DNA of 64,000 nucleotides from Alphaproteobacteria bacterium (GCA_965243135.1 OZ251539.1:2592001-2656000); one strand, 5' to 3'. Shown: positions 28,668 to 38,859, numbered from the stretch's first letter. Program-made: numbers and translations. The notes: a model not told the origin generated them from the sequence alone.

Positions 28668-30203
28668 TCAGACGGTCTCGAACTCGAACCCGACGATGTT
28701 GCGCTCCACCCGACCGAACTCGATCAGGTGGACCGGAACGCCCGGACGCCGGTACTTGTCCGCGTAGCCGCGCTCCCGAGCCAACGCCCGCCCTTCCGGC
28801 TTCCCGTCCGCGACCTTGAACTCGAACAGGTAGACGCCGCCGCCGTGCAGGACCGTCAGGTCCGAGCGGCCGCGCGCCGTGCTCTCCTCGGCGCGGACGT
28901 CCATCCCCGCCGCCACGAAGTGCGAGTAGAACACGCTCGCGTAGTGCGCCTCGTAACCCGCCATGCCCGTGTTCGCGTACCACTCGTTCGGAATGCTCGC
29001 CAGGAACGCCCGGAACAGCCGTTCGACGCCTGCGAAATCGTTCTCGCGCATCAGGCAACGCAGCTCCCGGCTCTCCGCCGCGACCGCGACGTCCGGCGCC
29101 ATCGCCTCCAGCAGGAGCGCGTTCAGGCTGCGCTTCACCTCATGGTTCGGGTAGTCCAGCCGGTAAAGGGGCGCATCCTCGTCCAGCTTCTCGTCGGCGA
29201 TGGTCAGATAACCGGTCTGGAACAACAGCGTTTCGACGGGAATGCGGTCGACGTCGATGGCCGACAGCAGGTCGTCGTTGGCGAACATGCCCTCCAGGGC
29301 CGGAGCCGAGACCCGGCGCCGCGCCAGAAGATCGGCGAGGAAGGTCGGCGTGCCGCTCTGGAACCAGTACGGGCGGAATCTGCGCTTGTCGAACAGCAGC
29401 AGGATGTCGTGCGGGTTGTAGACCCTCTCCGGTCCGAGCCAGTTGTAGCCGTTGTACCAGCGGCGGACCTCGTCCCGGTCCAGGCCCTCGAGTTCCGGGG
29501 CGAAGACCGCGTCCAGTTCGTCGTCGGTATAGCCGCATATGGCGCCGTAGCGCTCGTCCAGCGTGATGTCGTTCAGGTTGTTCAGGCCCGAGAACAGGCC
29601 CGCCTGCGAGAACTTGCTCACCCCCGTCAGGAAAACGAAACGGAGCTGCTCGTCGCAGGCCTTGATCACCCCGTACAGGCTGCACAGGAAGTCGCGGTTG
29701 GCCAGCGCCAGGTCCCGGTCGCCGAGCGCGTCCAGAATCGGCTTGTCGTATTCGTCCACCAGAACGACCGCCCGCTGCCCGGTGCGCTCGTGCAGCGTCC
29801 TTATCAGGCGCCGGAAACGGACCGCCGTCCCGGCGGGGCCCGGCTCGAGGCCGGCCTGCATCTCCGTCTCTTCCAGTTGCGCTTCCACGGTTCCCCGAAC
29901 CCCGTCCGGGCCGTCGAAACGGCCCACGCCGCTGAAATCCAGCCGCACGACCGGATGGCGCGCCGACCAGTCCCACCCGTCGTGCACGGCGAGGCCCCGG
30001 AACAGCTCCTCGCTTCCCTCGAACAGCTTCTGCAGCGTGTCCACCAGGAGGGTCTTGCCGAACCGGCGCGGACGCGACAGGAAATAGTACTTGCCCCTCT
30101 CGACGAGGCGGCGCACATGCTCCGTCTTGTCGACGTAGTAGCAATCCATCCCCCGGATCTCCCGGAGGGAGGTCATGCCGGTCGGAAGCATGCGTCTCGT
30201 CAT
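28668..30203 (-). CDS. AAA-ATPase-like protein with C-terminal PD-(D/E)XK nuclease (DUF1703/PDDEXK_9 type)
   Basis: YYVDKT, SRPRRFGKT, LVDEYDKP, LTGVSKF, SGLNNL, GRSDL...FEFK; small deletions near the C-terminus. Confidence 0.88.
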   Translation of the reverse strand: MTRRMLPTGMTSLREIRGMDCYYVDKTEHVRRLVERGKYYFLSRPRRFGKTLLVDTLQKLFEGSEELFRGLAVHDGWDWSARHPVVRLDFSGVGRFDGPDGVRGTVEAQLEETEMQAGLEPGPAGTAVRFRRLIRTLHERTGQRAVVLVDEYDKPILDALGDRDLALANRDFLCSLYGVIKACDEQLRFVFLTGVSKFSQAGLFSGLNNLNDITLDERYGAICGYTDDELDAVFAPELEGLDRDEVRRWYNGYNWLGPERVYNPHDILLLFDKRRFRPYWFQSGTPTFLADLLARRRVSAPALEGMFANDDLLSAIDVDRIPVETLLFQTGYLTIADEKLDEDAPLYRLDYPNHEVKRSLNALLLEAMAPDVAVAAESRELRCLMRENDFAGVERLFRAFLASIPNEWYANTGMAGYEAHYASVFYSHFVAAGMDVRAEESTARGRSDLTVLHGGGVYLFEFKVADGKPEGRALARERGYADKYRRPGVPVHLIEFGRVERNIVGFEFETV

Positions 30204-30331
30204 CCGAAGAGGGTAGGCCGCCATGCCGGAGCCGTCAAGGAGGAGACGGAGTCCGGCCGAGCGCTGGCCGTGCGCCGCGCTTTCCCTCGGCAGCGCGTCC
30301 CGCCAGGCTGGCGATGCGCAAGGCGGCGGCA

Positions 30332-30520
30332 CCTGCCGAAATGTCCGAACGGAACGTCCAACCCGTCCGGCTCCCGGCTTCAGACGGTCTCGAACCCGAC
30401 GACGTTGCGCTCCTCCCGGCCGATCAGGTGGACCGGAACGCCCGGACGCCGGTACTTGTCCGCGTAGCCGCGCTCCTGCGCTAGCGCTCGCCCCTTCCCG
30501 TCCGCGACCTTGAACTCGAA
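30332..30520 (-). repeat. Second copy of the AAA-PDDEXK 3' end plus downstream DNA (direct repeat of 28627-28826)
   Basis: Shared blocks CCTGCCGAAATGTCCGAACGG, CTCCCGGCTTCAGACGGTCTCGAAC, CGATCAGGTGGACCGGAACGCCCGGACGCCGGTACTTGTCCGCGTAGCCGCGCTCC and TCCGCGACCTTGAACTCGAA. Confidence 0.9.
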
Positions 30521-30559
30521 TTCGCCGCTTGCGGCGCATGTCGTCCTGCGCGCCGCCCC

Positions 30560-31180
30560 TGCTGCCGCCTCGCGGACGGTACCCGTACCGCTTCTCGAAG
30601 TCCCGGCCGACCCTGCGCAGGCAAAGGCCGAGCGCCTTCGAAGCAAGGTTCTCGCAAGGCACCAGGAAACGGCTCAGACCGAGAACGCGGCGCAGATGCC
30701 GCTCCCGCGTCTACCTGTCCCAGCCGGGCATTCCGCGCCGCAAGATGTTGCGCCGGCGCGGCGACCGCGCCCAGCCAGCCATGCGCCCCAGGTAACGCAG
30801 TTGGTGACCGGCATGGCGCGCCGCTCCCCGAGGATGCTCGCGCGCAGCCAACTCGGTCCACAGTTGGCGCTGGCCCGCCGTTTCCACCCAGCCGAAGCCC
30901 CGCAACCAGCCCGGTCCGGAACGCCCGACGGCAACGGCGCCGCACGCCCCAGACCCCGTGGCCGACCGCCGCCGCCGCGGTTGCGGGGCGGCTGCAACTT
31001 GCCGGCTCCGTCGAGTTCGCGCAGGACTGTCGTGCAACTCGCCTGCTGCAACCGACTGCGGGCGTCGCGGAACCCGAACGCCTCGCAGACCCGGCGGGCC
31101 GCGCGACTGTCGCCCGGGTCGAGAACCGAGCTCAACCGCGCCTGCCCTTCGGCGGAGGTGCGCCGGTTCCGTTCGTACAT
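30560..31180 (-). pseudogene. DUF4338 (DruA-like) domain gene relic, often part of IS4-type transposase fusions
   Basis: ARRVCEAFGFRDARSRLQQASC..VLRELD..GKL, GHQLRYL and PCENLASKALGLCLRRVGRDFEKRYGYRP, in different frames. Confidence 0.65.
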
Positions 31181-31304
31181 GAGCCCGTCATGGGCAGGCG
31201 AATCGAGTGTGTTCAGAAAAAATGCAGCTAATGGGAAGGCTGCGCCGGTGGACGACGGCGGGCGGCGGCGGCATATTGTCCGCCGATCCAGAAGGAGGAA
31301 ATTC

Positions 31305-32804
31305 GTGAGACTGGGCGACATTCTGCGACTGGCCGCACGGCGGACCCCGCGCAAGGTCGCCATCGTCGCGGACGACCGGCGGCTCGCCTACGCAGAGCTC
31401 GACCGGCAGGCGAACCGGTTCGCGCGCTTTCTCGCCGGCTGCGGCGTCGTCAAGGGCGACCGCGTCGCCTGCATCCTGTTCAACGGACCGGAATACGCCG
31501 TCGTTCATTTCGGCAACGCCCGGGCCGGCAGCGTCCTCGTGCACGTCTCGCCGGCGTACGCGGCGCCGGAGATCGCCCGCATCGTCGAGCGAACCCGCCC
31601 GCGCATCCTCGTCGTCGACGAAACCGTCGTCGACAAGGTCGCCGGCCTCGCGGAACCCACGCTCGTCGTCGGTTCCCGGGAAGGCGCCTGCGCCTTCGAG
31701 CGCGCGATATCGGAACAGCCGGACAGCGCGCCCGACGTCGACGTCGATCCCGCGGACCCGGTCGCCATGACGTTCACCGGCGGCACCACCGGCGAACCCA
31801 AGGGCGCGGTGGTCAGCCACGCCGCCCGCTACGTCTCCGCCTGGACGACGGCGATCGAGCACCGCGTCGCCGGCAACGACGTGACCGGCATCGTGACGCC
31901 CATGTATCACGCGATCGGGCTGATGGTCTGGTATCAGGCCACGGTGCTGGCGGGTTGCACCTCGGTCGTGTTCCGCAAATGGAACCCGATGGAATTCGTC
32001 GAAGGCGTCGAGCGTCACGGGATTTCTTCGGTTTTCCTCGTGCCGGTGCAGGCGCGCGATCTGCTGAAAGCGCCGGAGGCGGACCTTCGGCGGTTGCGCT
32101 CGCTGCGCAACGTCGGCGCCGGCGGCGCGGCGACCTCGCCCGGCCTGATCGCCGACTTCGGAAGCGCCCTGCCCCATTGCGACTACACCGATCACTACGG
32201 CCAGTCCGAAACGGGACCGCTGACCATCCTCAAGCCCTGGGAAGCTTCGGAGCGTCCGGGCTCGATCGGCCGGCCGGCCGTCGGCGTGGACTTGCGCATC
32301 GTCGACGAGGCCGGCGAACCCGTGCCGCCGGGAACCGTGGGAGAGATCGCTGTGCGCGGCCCGTTTCTGATGGACGGGTATTTCGAGAACGAAGAGGAGA
32401 CCTCCCGCTACTTCCGCAAGGGAGACGGCTGGGGATGGTCGGGCGATCTGGCCGTCGCGGACGAAGACGGCTTCGTCACGCTCGCCGGCCGATCGAAGGA
32501 AATGATCGTTTCCGGCGCGCTCAACATCTACCCGCGCGAACTCGAGATCGCCCTCGAAAGTCATCCGGAGGTCGAGGAATGCGCCGTGTTCGGCGTTCCG
32601 GACGATCGCTGGGGCGAGACGCCGATTGCCTGCGTCGTCCGCAACGGCGAGGTTTCCCCGGCGGATCTGGTCGACCATTGCGCCGCCCGCCTCGCCCGCT
32701 ACAAGCGGCCCAGGGAAATCGTGTTCGTCGACGACATCCCGAAGACGCCCTCGGGCAAGGTCCAGAAGCCGCTGCTGCGCGGCGCCTATCTCGGAAGGCA
32801 ATGA
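31305..32804 (+). CDS. AMP-binding acyl-CoA synthetase (class I adenylate-forming enzyme)
   Basis: FTGGTTGEPKG, YGQSE, SGD, GRSKEMI, PKTPSGK; AGGAGG RBS before GTG. Confidence 0.92.
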   Translation: MRLGDILRLAARRTPRKVAIVADDRRLAYAELDRQANRFARFLAGCGVVKGDRVACILFNGPEYAVVHFGNARAGSVLVHVSPAYAAPEIARIVERTRPRILVVDETVVDKVAGLAEPTLVVGSREGACAFERAISEQPDSAPDVDVDPADPVAMTFTGGTTGEPKGAVVSHAARYVSAWTTAIEHRVAGNDVTGIVTPMYHAIGLMVWYQATVLAGCTSVVFRKWNPMEFVEGVERHGISSVFLVPVQARDLLKAPEADLRRLRSLRNVGAGGAATSPGLIADFGSALPHCDYTDHYGQSETGPLTILKPWEASERPGSIGRPAVGVDLRIVDEAGEPVPPGTVGEIAVRGPFLMDGYFENEEETSRYFRKGDGWGWSGDLAVADEDGFVTLAGRSKEMIVSGALNIYPRELEIALESHPEVEECAVFGVPDDRWGETPIACVVRNGEVSPADLVDHCAARLARYKRPREIVFVDDIPKTPSGKVQKPLLRGAYLGRQ

Positions 32805-32982
32805 AGAGACGCGGGCGGGCGGCCTGGCGGAGATCCGGCGGCGCGGCACCCGCCGCGGCGGGACCGCTCCCTGCGCGAAAGGAGGGGAGGGACCGGCCGA
32901 ACTCGCCGAGCGGCCGTCGCCAGGGCGCGGACCCGCGGTTGCGAAGCCTCCGCCCCGGCGGCGAGGAAAACGGAAAACGGCC

Positions 32983-34098
32983 GTGCTCGACCCCGGCAGT
33001 CTGAATCTCCTCCGGAGAGAGATCGGCCGGCAGATAACCGAGGACGCGCAGGTCCTCGCGCAGTTGCGCGAGGAGATCCGTCCCCTCGCCCGGGAAACGC
33101 GGCGCATTTCTCCCCGCTCGTCCGCTTCCATCTCGCTCGTCGCCGCCGACGGCGGCAACAACGAACTGCGCTTCGATCCGTTCCTGGTGCAACTCGTCCG
33201 GGTCGTCGACAGCAGCAACAACGAACACTGTCTGGAAGCGGTTTCTCCCACGATGAGCGTATCCGCGCTTTCCGCTCGCCAGTTCGGAGAACGCCCGACG
33301 GCGCTCGGACGCATGATGCGCTATCTCGGGGTCGAGAGCCTGCCGCAACTCAGCCACATGATCCGCCCCGACCGCGGCGGAAATCCCTCCCGATGGGTGG
33401 AGGCCTACCGCGAACTCGTGGAATGGGCGATTCTCTTCGCCATCGTGCGCGAGAAGGATTTCGCCACCGACACGCTGATCGTCTTCGACGGGCTGCTGCG
33501 CAGCGTGGTCTTCGCCGACCGGCTGTTCCGCCGGTATCGCGAAGGCATTCAGGAGGGCATCGATCGCCAGTTCAGGACCAGCCGGCGGCGCCTCTACCTC
33601 GTCGGGATCGCGAAGAACAGCAAGGTGCTCTCCCGCTACCGTCTGGCGATGGCGCTCGAAGGGGTCCTGCAGTCGCCCTTTCCCTGCTACGCGGAAATCC
33701 CGCGGGAACTGGAGGAAAAAGCCTACGCCAGAACCGAATACGCCCGCGGCGACGATCGCGTCGCCGCGGGCGAGCCGCCGAACAGGTTCGTGGCCGGCAA
33801 GATGTTTTTCGTCAAGTTCGGCAGCGGCCCGCGGGATCCGGTCTGGCCGATCGACGTCTTCTCGTCCCAGATCGGGGATCACGCCGCGATCTTCGGGCAT
33901 CTGCTCAACGACGCCGTGGAAGGCTTTCCGGTCGGACTGTATCCGAAGTCCCTGCAGAAGGCGCACGAAAACGCGGCGCTGGCGCGGTTCGACATGGACA
34001 TTCTCCAGGACATGATCTTCAGCGGCTTGCGCGACGCCCTCGAAGCCGAAGCGACCGCGCTCGACGCCTTCCGCCTGCAGGACGCGCGCGGGCGCTGA
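32983..34098 (+). CDS. NurA-like nuclease (RNase H fold)
   Basis: VAADGG, IVFDGLL, VGIAKNSK and YPKSLQKAHENA match the NurA motif order. Confidence 0.75.
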   Translation: MLDPGSLNLLRREIGRQITEDAQVLAQLREEIRPLARETRRISPRSSASISLVAADGGNNELRFDPFLVQLVRVVDSSNNEHCLEAVSPTMSVSALSARQFGERPTALGRMMRYLGVESLPQLSHMIRPDRGGNPSRWVEAYRELVEWAILFAIVREKDFATDTLIVFDGLLRSVVFADRLFRRYREGIQEGIDRQFRTSRRRLYLVGIAKNSKVLSRYRLAMALEGVLQSPFPCYAEIPRELEEKAYARTEYARGDDRVAAGEPPNRFVAGKMFFVKFGSGPRDPVWPIDVFSSQIGDHAAIFGHLLNDAVEGFPVGLYPKSLQKAHENAALARFDMDILQDMIFSGLRDALEAEATALDAFRLQDARGR

Positions 34099-34101
34099 CG
34101 C

Positions 34102-36213
34102 ATGAACCTGTTTCCGAGAGAGCAGGTGGTCGGCGTGTTTCGCGGCTTTCGCGAAGGCGGCCTCGAATTCCATGCCGATCTCGCGCTGCCGTATCGAAAC
34201 GATTTCCAGCGCAGTCCGATGCACGGCCAGTTCGTTCTCGTTCAACTCGAGACGCCGGACGAGGCCGTTCTCGGACGCATCGCCTCGTTCTCCTCCGAGG
34301 GCAGGCTCTCCTTCGGCAGCGGGGAGGAATACAACATCCGCGCGGTTCAGGAGCAGCGCCAGATACCCGAAGATCTTCGCGAGCAATATCTCCGGTACCG
34401 CGTCGACATCCGCATTCTCGGGATCATGCGGAAAGGTCCCGGCGGGCGCCCGACCTTCGTGCCCTCCCACCGCCGGCTGCCGCACGTCGGCAGCGCCGTC
34501 GCGTTTCCCTCGCCGGAGGTTCTCAGGGAAATCTGCGGACACAACGTCGAAGGCGCGGCGATCGGCCATTTCGCGCTCGGCGAGTACATCTACGCCGGGA
34601 ACGACCCGAAGGCGCAGGACTGGATGCGCATCGAATCTCCCGAGATCGACATCCGCTTTCCCGTTTCGAGTCTCGTCGCGCGCCGCAGCTTCGTCTTCGC
34701 GCGGGCGGGCTTCGGCAAATCCAATCTGAACAAGCTGCTGTTCAGCAAGTTGTACGAGGAGACGCCGACGGTCGAGAAGCGCGGCGGAAGAAAGGTCCCG
34801 GTGGGCACGGTCATCTTCGATCCGGACGGAGAGTATTTCTGGCCGGACGACAAGGGGCGCCCCGGGCTGTGCGACGTGGAGCATCTTCGGGACAAGCTAG
34901 TCGTCTTCACCGCCCGGCAGGCTCCGAGCGAGTTCTACGCCTCCTTTACGGCGGGCGGGATAAAGCTGGATCTCCGGCAGCTTCGCGCCGGCGACGTCAT
35001 CTCGGTCGTTCTTTCGCCGGAGCGCCAGGACCAGCAGAACGTCGCCAAGCTGCGCTCTCTTTCGCCGTCGAACTGGTCCCGGCTCGTCGACCTCGTCGAC
35101 CGCGACAGGGGAGGCGCGGATCCGGCGGAAATCGCCGAGATCCTGAACCTGTCGATGCCCGCCCAAGAAGCGGAAGCGATCGCGGCGCGCTCCAACATGG
35201 CGAATGTCGTCGGGATGCTGCACGACCGCAGCAGCCAGTTCATGGCCCTGCTGGTCAAGGCGCTGGAAGCCGGAAGGATATGCGTCGTCGACGTCTCGCA
35301 GATGCGCGGCGCGCAGGCATTCGCGCTCGCGGGCCTCGTGCTTCGCCGGATCTTCGACCGCAATCAGGAAGAGTTCACGAAGGCGAACCCGCGAACCGTT
35401 CCGACGATCGCCGTGATCGAGGAGGCGCAGTCGGTTCTGAACGAACGCGCCGCCGCCGCGGAACCCTACATCGCCTGGGTCAAGGAGGGCCGCAAGTACG
35501 ATCTCGGCGCCCTTTTGATCACGCAGCAGCCCGGCGCGATACCCGCCGAAATTCTGAGTCAGGGAGACAACTGGTTCATATTCCATCTGCTGTCGGCGCA
35601 CGACCTGACGGGCCTGAAGAGGGCGAACGCGCATTTCAGCGACGACCTGCTCAGCTCGCTGTTGAACGAGCCGATCCCGGGCCAGGGCGTCTTCTGGAGT
35701 TCGGTCGGCGGCAAGCCCTACCCGGTTCCGGTCCGCGCCGCCCTCTTCGAAGCTCTCTACGAATGCGCCGACCCGTCGTATTCCCGGAAGGAGGTGCGAA
35801 CTTTCGCGACCGAGCTCAAGCGAAACATGAACAGCCTCATCCGGCAAGCCAGGGCGCTGTCGACGGAGCCGGACGAAGCGCCGAAGCCGGACGGAGAGCG
35901 GTCGGTCGACGACGAGCCGCCCGATCTGGAGCCGCTGTACCGAAGGCTCGCTCGCGACGCGGTCGCCGAGAACCGTCAATTGGTCGCCGAGTTGAAGGGC
36001 GACGGCGCTCCGTGGGGGGTCGTGGTCGGGGCCATCGCGAACGCCCTGTCCGGCAAGCTCGATCGTCCCGGCGACAAGGCCCATCAGCTGGTCGCGCCGA
36101 CGATCGAAGCGCTCCTCGGGAAACGAGACGAAGGCTGGCATACGTTCAGGCGGGGTCAGAGAAATACCCTGTTCATCCGGTCCGGTTCCCGAACCGACGA
36201 AAACCAAACGTGA
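34102..36213 (+). CDS. HerA/DUF87-family ATPase
   Basis: N-terminal HAS-barrel-like region, Walker A ARAGFGKS, IFDPDGEY, VIEEAQ, KEGRKY, ITQQP. Confidence 0.85.
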   Translation: MNLFPREQVVGVFRGFREGGLEFHADLALPYRNDFQRSPMHGQFVLVQLETPDEAVLGRIASFSSEGRLSFGSGEEYNIRAVQEQRQIPEDLREQYLRYRVDIRILGIMRKGPGGRPTFVPSHRRLPHVGSAVAFPSPEVLREICGHNVEGAAIGHFALGEYIYAGNDPKAQDWMRIESPEIDIRFPVSSLVARRSFVFARAGFGKSNLNKLLFSKLYEETPTVEKRGGRKVPVGTVIFDPDGEYFWPDDKGRPGLCDVEHLRDKLVVFTARQAPSEFYASFTAGGIKLDLRQLRAGDVISVVLSPERQDQQNVAKLRSLSPSNWSRLVDLVDRDRGGADPAEIAEILNLSMPAQEAEAIAARSNMANVVGMLHDRSSQFMALLVKALEAGRICVVDVSQMRGAQAFALAGLVLRRIFDRNQEEFTKANPRTVPTIAVIEEAQSVLNERAAAAEPYIAWVKEGRKYDLGALLITQQPGAIPAEILSQGDNWFIFHLLSAHDLTGLKRANAHFSDDLLSSLLNEPIPGQGVFWSSVGGKPYPVPVRAALFEALYECADPSYSRKEVRTFATELKRNMNSLIRQARALSTEPDEAPKPDGERSVDDEPPDLEPLYRRLARDAVAENRQLVAELKGDGAPWGVVVGAIANALSGKLDRPGDKAHQLVAPTIEALLGKRDEGWHTFRRGQRNTLFIRSGSRTDENQT

Positions 36214-36496
36214 CGCTGGAAGTCGCCGGGCTTTCGGCGCTTTTTCCGAGGAAATCTTTCTGCGGGACGGCGCAGGCCTTTCACGTGGAACGCAAGGACG
36301 CGCGGCTCGCTTCGCAAGCCCGGCATTGCCGCGGAACGACTTCGTCGCCGACCCAGCTTACGTCTGGACCCACAGGCAGGGAGGCGCCGGGCCGAGGCCA
36401 AACCTCCCGTTCCGCTTGAACCTGGCTCGCCCCGCCCGGACGAAGCGGTCTGACTTGCGGATCCACTAGCATCGACCTCCTGGAGGTGGTTCGACC

Positions 36497-38044
36497 ATGC
36501 GCTTCAATACGGCAGGACCCATCGTGCCGGCGGACCATTATTGCATCCCGCCGCTCGCGCGCCTCGATCTCGAAGATCTCCTGCTTCTCATTCAACAGAA
36601 GAAGTATTTCGTGCTGCACGCTCCCCGGCAGACGGGCAAGACGTCCGTCCTGCTGGCGCTGCAGGATCTGCTCAATGAAAGCGGCGACTACCGTTGCGTC
36701 TACGTGAACGTCGAGGCCGCCCAAGTCGGGCGGGAAGACACCGGGCGGTCGATGCGGACGATTCTCGGACGGTTGGCGTCGCAGGCCCGACACGCTCTGC
36801 GGGATGACTTCGTCGCCGGCCTCTGGTCCGGCGCGCTGGCGGAATACGGTCCCGAAGGCGCGCTCAAGGAGGTTCTGATGCGCTGGGCCGAAGCGGACCC
36901 GAAGCCCCTGGTTCTGCTTATCGACGAGATCAACGCGCTGGTCGGCGACACGCTGCTGTCGGTGCTGCGCCAGTTGCGGGCAGGTTACTACATGCGTCCC
37001 AAGAGCTTTCCTCAAGGCGTCGTTTTGTGCGGCCTGCGCGACGTGCGGGACTACCGGATTCGATCGGCAACGGACAACGCCGTCGTCGCCGGAGGCAGCG
37101 CCTTCAACGTCAAGGCCGCGTCGCTGCGGTTGGGAGACTTCTCGCGGGACGAGACGCTCGCCCTGCTGGGGCAGCACGCCGCCGAGACCGGGCAGGCGTT
37201 CGCGGAGGAGGCGTCCGATCTGATCTGGGAGCAGACCCGGGGACAGCCCTGGCTGGTGAACGCGCTGGCCTACGAGACCTGCCGCGCCGTCCGGGACCGG
37301 GCCATTGCGGCGGACGACGTCGCGGCGGCGCGGGAAGCGCTGATCGTGCGCCGCGAGACCCATCTCGACATCTTGGCGGACAAGTTGCGGGAGGAGCGGG
37401 TGCGGCGGGTGATCGAGCCGCTCCTGAGCGGCAGCGAGTGCACCCGCGGCAGCGAGCGCGACGTGGAATACGCGCGGGATCTGGGGTTGCTTGCACGGGA
37501 CGCGCCGTTGCGCATCGCCAACCCGGTCTACGCCGAGGTCGTTCCGCGGGAACTGACCTGGATCGTGCAGGAGGAGCTCGATCAGGACATGGCGCAGTAC
37601 GTCGACGCCGGGGGCCGCCTCGACGTGGAGGGGCTCATGGCGGCGTTCCAGACGTTCTTCCGCGAGAATTCGGAGCACTGGAGGCAGCGCTTCGATTATC
37701 AGGAGGCGTGCCCGCAGCTCCTGTTGCAAGCGTTCCTGCAAGGGGTGGTCAACGGCGGCGGTCGCATCGAGCGGGAGTTCGGGCTGGGCCGGCGGCGCGT
37801 CGATCTGTTGATCCTCTGGACGCAGGGCGGCAGCGCGCAAAGATTCGTGGTCGAGTGCAAGGTGCTGCGGAAGGATCTGGATGCGACGATCTCCGAAGGT
37901 CTGAAACAGATCTCGGACTACATGGACGGCTGCGCGGCGGAGGCGGGCCACCTGGTGATCTTCGACCGCGACGAGAAGAAGAGCTGGGACGAGAAGATCT
38001 TCCGCCGCAATCCGAAACCGAACGTCGAGGTCTGGGGCATGTAG
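36497..38044 (+). CDS. AAA-like ATPase with C-terminal PD-(D/E)XK-like domain
   Basis: FNTAGP, HAPRQTGKT, LLIDE, TRGQPWLVNAL, RVDL...VVECK; GGAGG RBS. Confidence 0.88.
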   Translation: MRFNTAGPIVPADHYCIPPLARLDLEDLLLLIQQKKYFVLHAPRQTGKTSVLLALQDLLNESGDYRCVYVNVEAAQVGREDTGRSMRTILGRLASQARHALRDDFVAGLWSGALAEYGPEGALKEVLMRWAEADPKPLVLLIDEINALVGDTLLSVLRQLRAGYYMRPKSFPQGVVLCGLRDVRDYRIRSATDNAVVAGGSAFNVKAASLRLGDFSRDETLALLGQHAAETGQAFAEEASDLIWEQTRGQPWLVNALAYETCRAVRDRAIAADDVAAAREALIVRRETHLDILADKLREERVRRVIEPLLSGSECTRGSERDVEYARDLGLLARDAPLRIANPVYAEVVPRELTWIVQEELDQDMAQYVDAGGRLDVEGLMAAFQTFFRENSEHWRQRFDYQEACPQLLLQAFLQGVVNGGGRIEREFGLGRRRVDLLILWTQGGSAQRFVVECKVLRKDLDATISEGLKQISDYMDGCAAEAGHLVIFDRDEKKSWDEKIFRRNPKPNVEVWGM

Positions 38045-38373
38045 CCCTGAACGCCCAACGATAGCCGTCGGTCAACGGTCGACATTTGGAATCGCTCGCC
38101 AGCCGAACCGTCGATGTGCGCATGGCTGCCGCTGCCCGGACCCTGAATTTCTCCGACGTTCCTTGCCGTATCCGCGCGCCGGACGCCGATTTGCGCGCGG
38201 ACGCCCGGGGCACTTATCCGCCCACGCCTCCGCAAGATCTCCGTCACCGTGGATCTCCTTCGCCCTGCTCCACAGGTGCTGTTTCGCATGGAACGGGGGC
38301 GGCGTCGGGGAACGGTTCGTCGGCGATGTTCCCGGAAATTCCGGGCTGTCTCGAAAAGTTGCGAAAACGCTGT

Positions 38374-38465
38374 TGGCGGAGGGAGTGGGATTCGAACCCA
38401 CGATACGGGGTGTACCGTATACACGCTTTCCAAGCGTGCGCCTTCAGCCGCTCGGCCATCCCTCC
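38374..38465 (-). tRNA. tRNA-Ser (GGA)
   Basis: GGAGGGATGGCCGAGCGGCTGAAGGCGCACGCTTGGAAAGCGTGT...GGGTTCGAATCCCACTCCCTCCGCCA; long variable arm. Confidence 0.96.
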
Positions 38466-38859
38466 GTACGACGAATAATGCCCGAATTCCCTCGGTCCGG
38501 CAAGCGAAAGGCGAAGAATTGCCGGTCGCGGAAAGCCGAATATCCCAGGGCGAAACCGCGCTTGCGCAGCCGAGGGCTGCCGCCGGTTCGCGCTGTCCGC
38601 TTTCGAAAGGGAAAGACAGGACGGCTTCGCCTTCCCGCGAACCGACGCGGAAACGGCAGGCGGCCGAACCTTTTGCCCGCGGAATCCCGCAACCGCAGCG
38701 CGGAGAGGAGCGAGCCCGCCGTCCCGGCCCGGGAAACGCGGGTGCGCGGGTTGACACGTCGACAGGGAGCGGTTTCTTGATTGATTCTTCGAAATATCGT
38801 CGCAACTGCATTTGGATCTTTCTTTTCGGGCGCGGAGAGGCTATATTCGGGTCGAAATT

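Noticed and set aside
30560-31180. Druantia defence system
   Set aside because: Only a broken DUF4338 fragment is present; no DruE helicase or other Dru genes.
30510-32804. Extended or fused ORF starts: 764-aa ligase here, and likewise 1032-aa LepA, 1312-aa AddA and 614-aa amidohydrolase
   Set aside because: Upstream in-frame extensions overlap other genes; RBS position and domain boundaries support the shorter starts.
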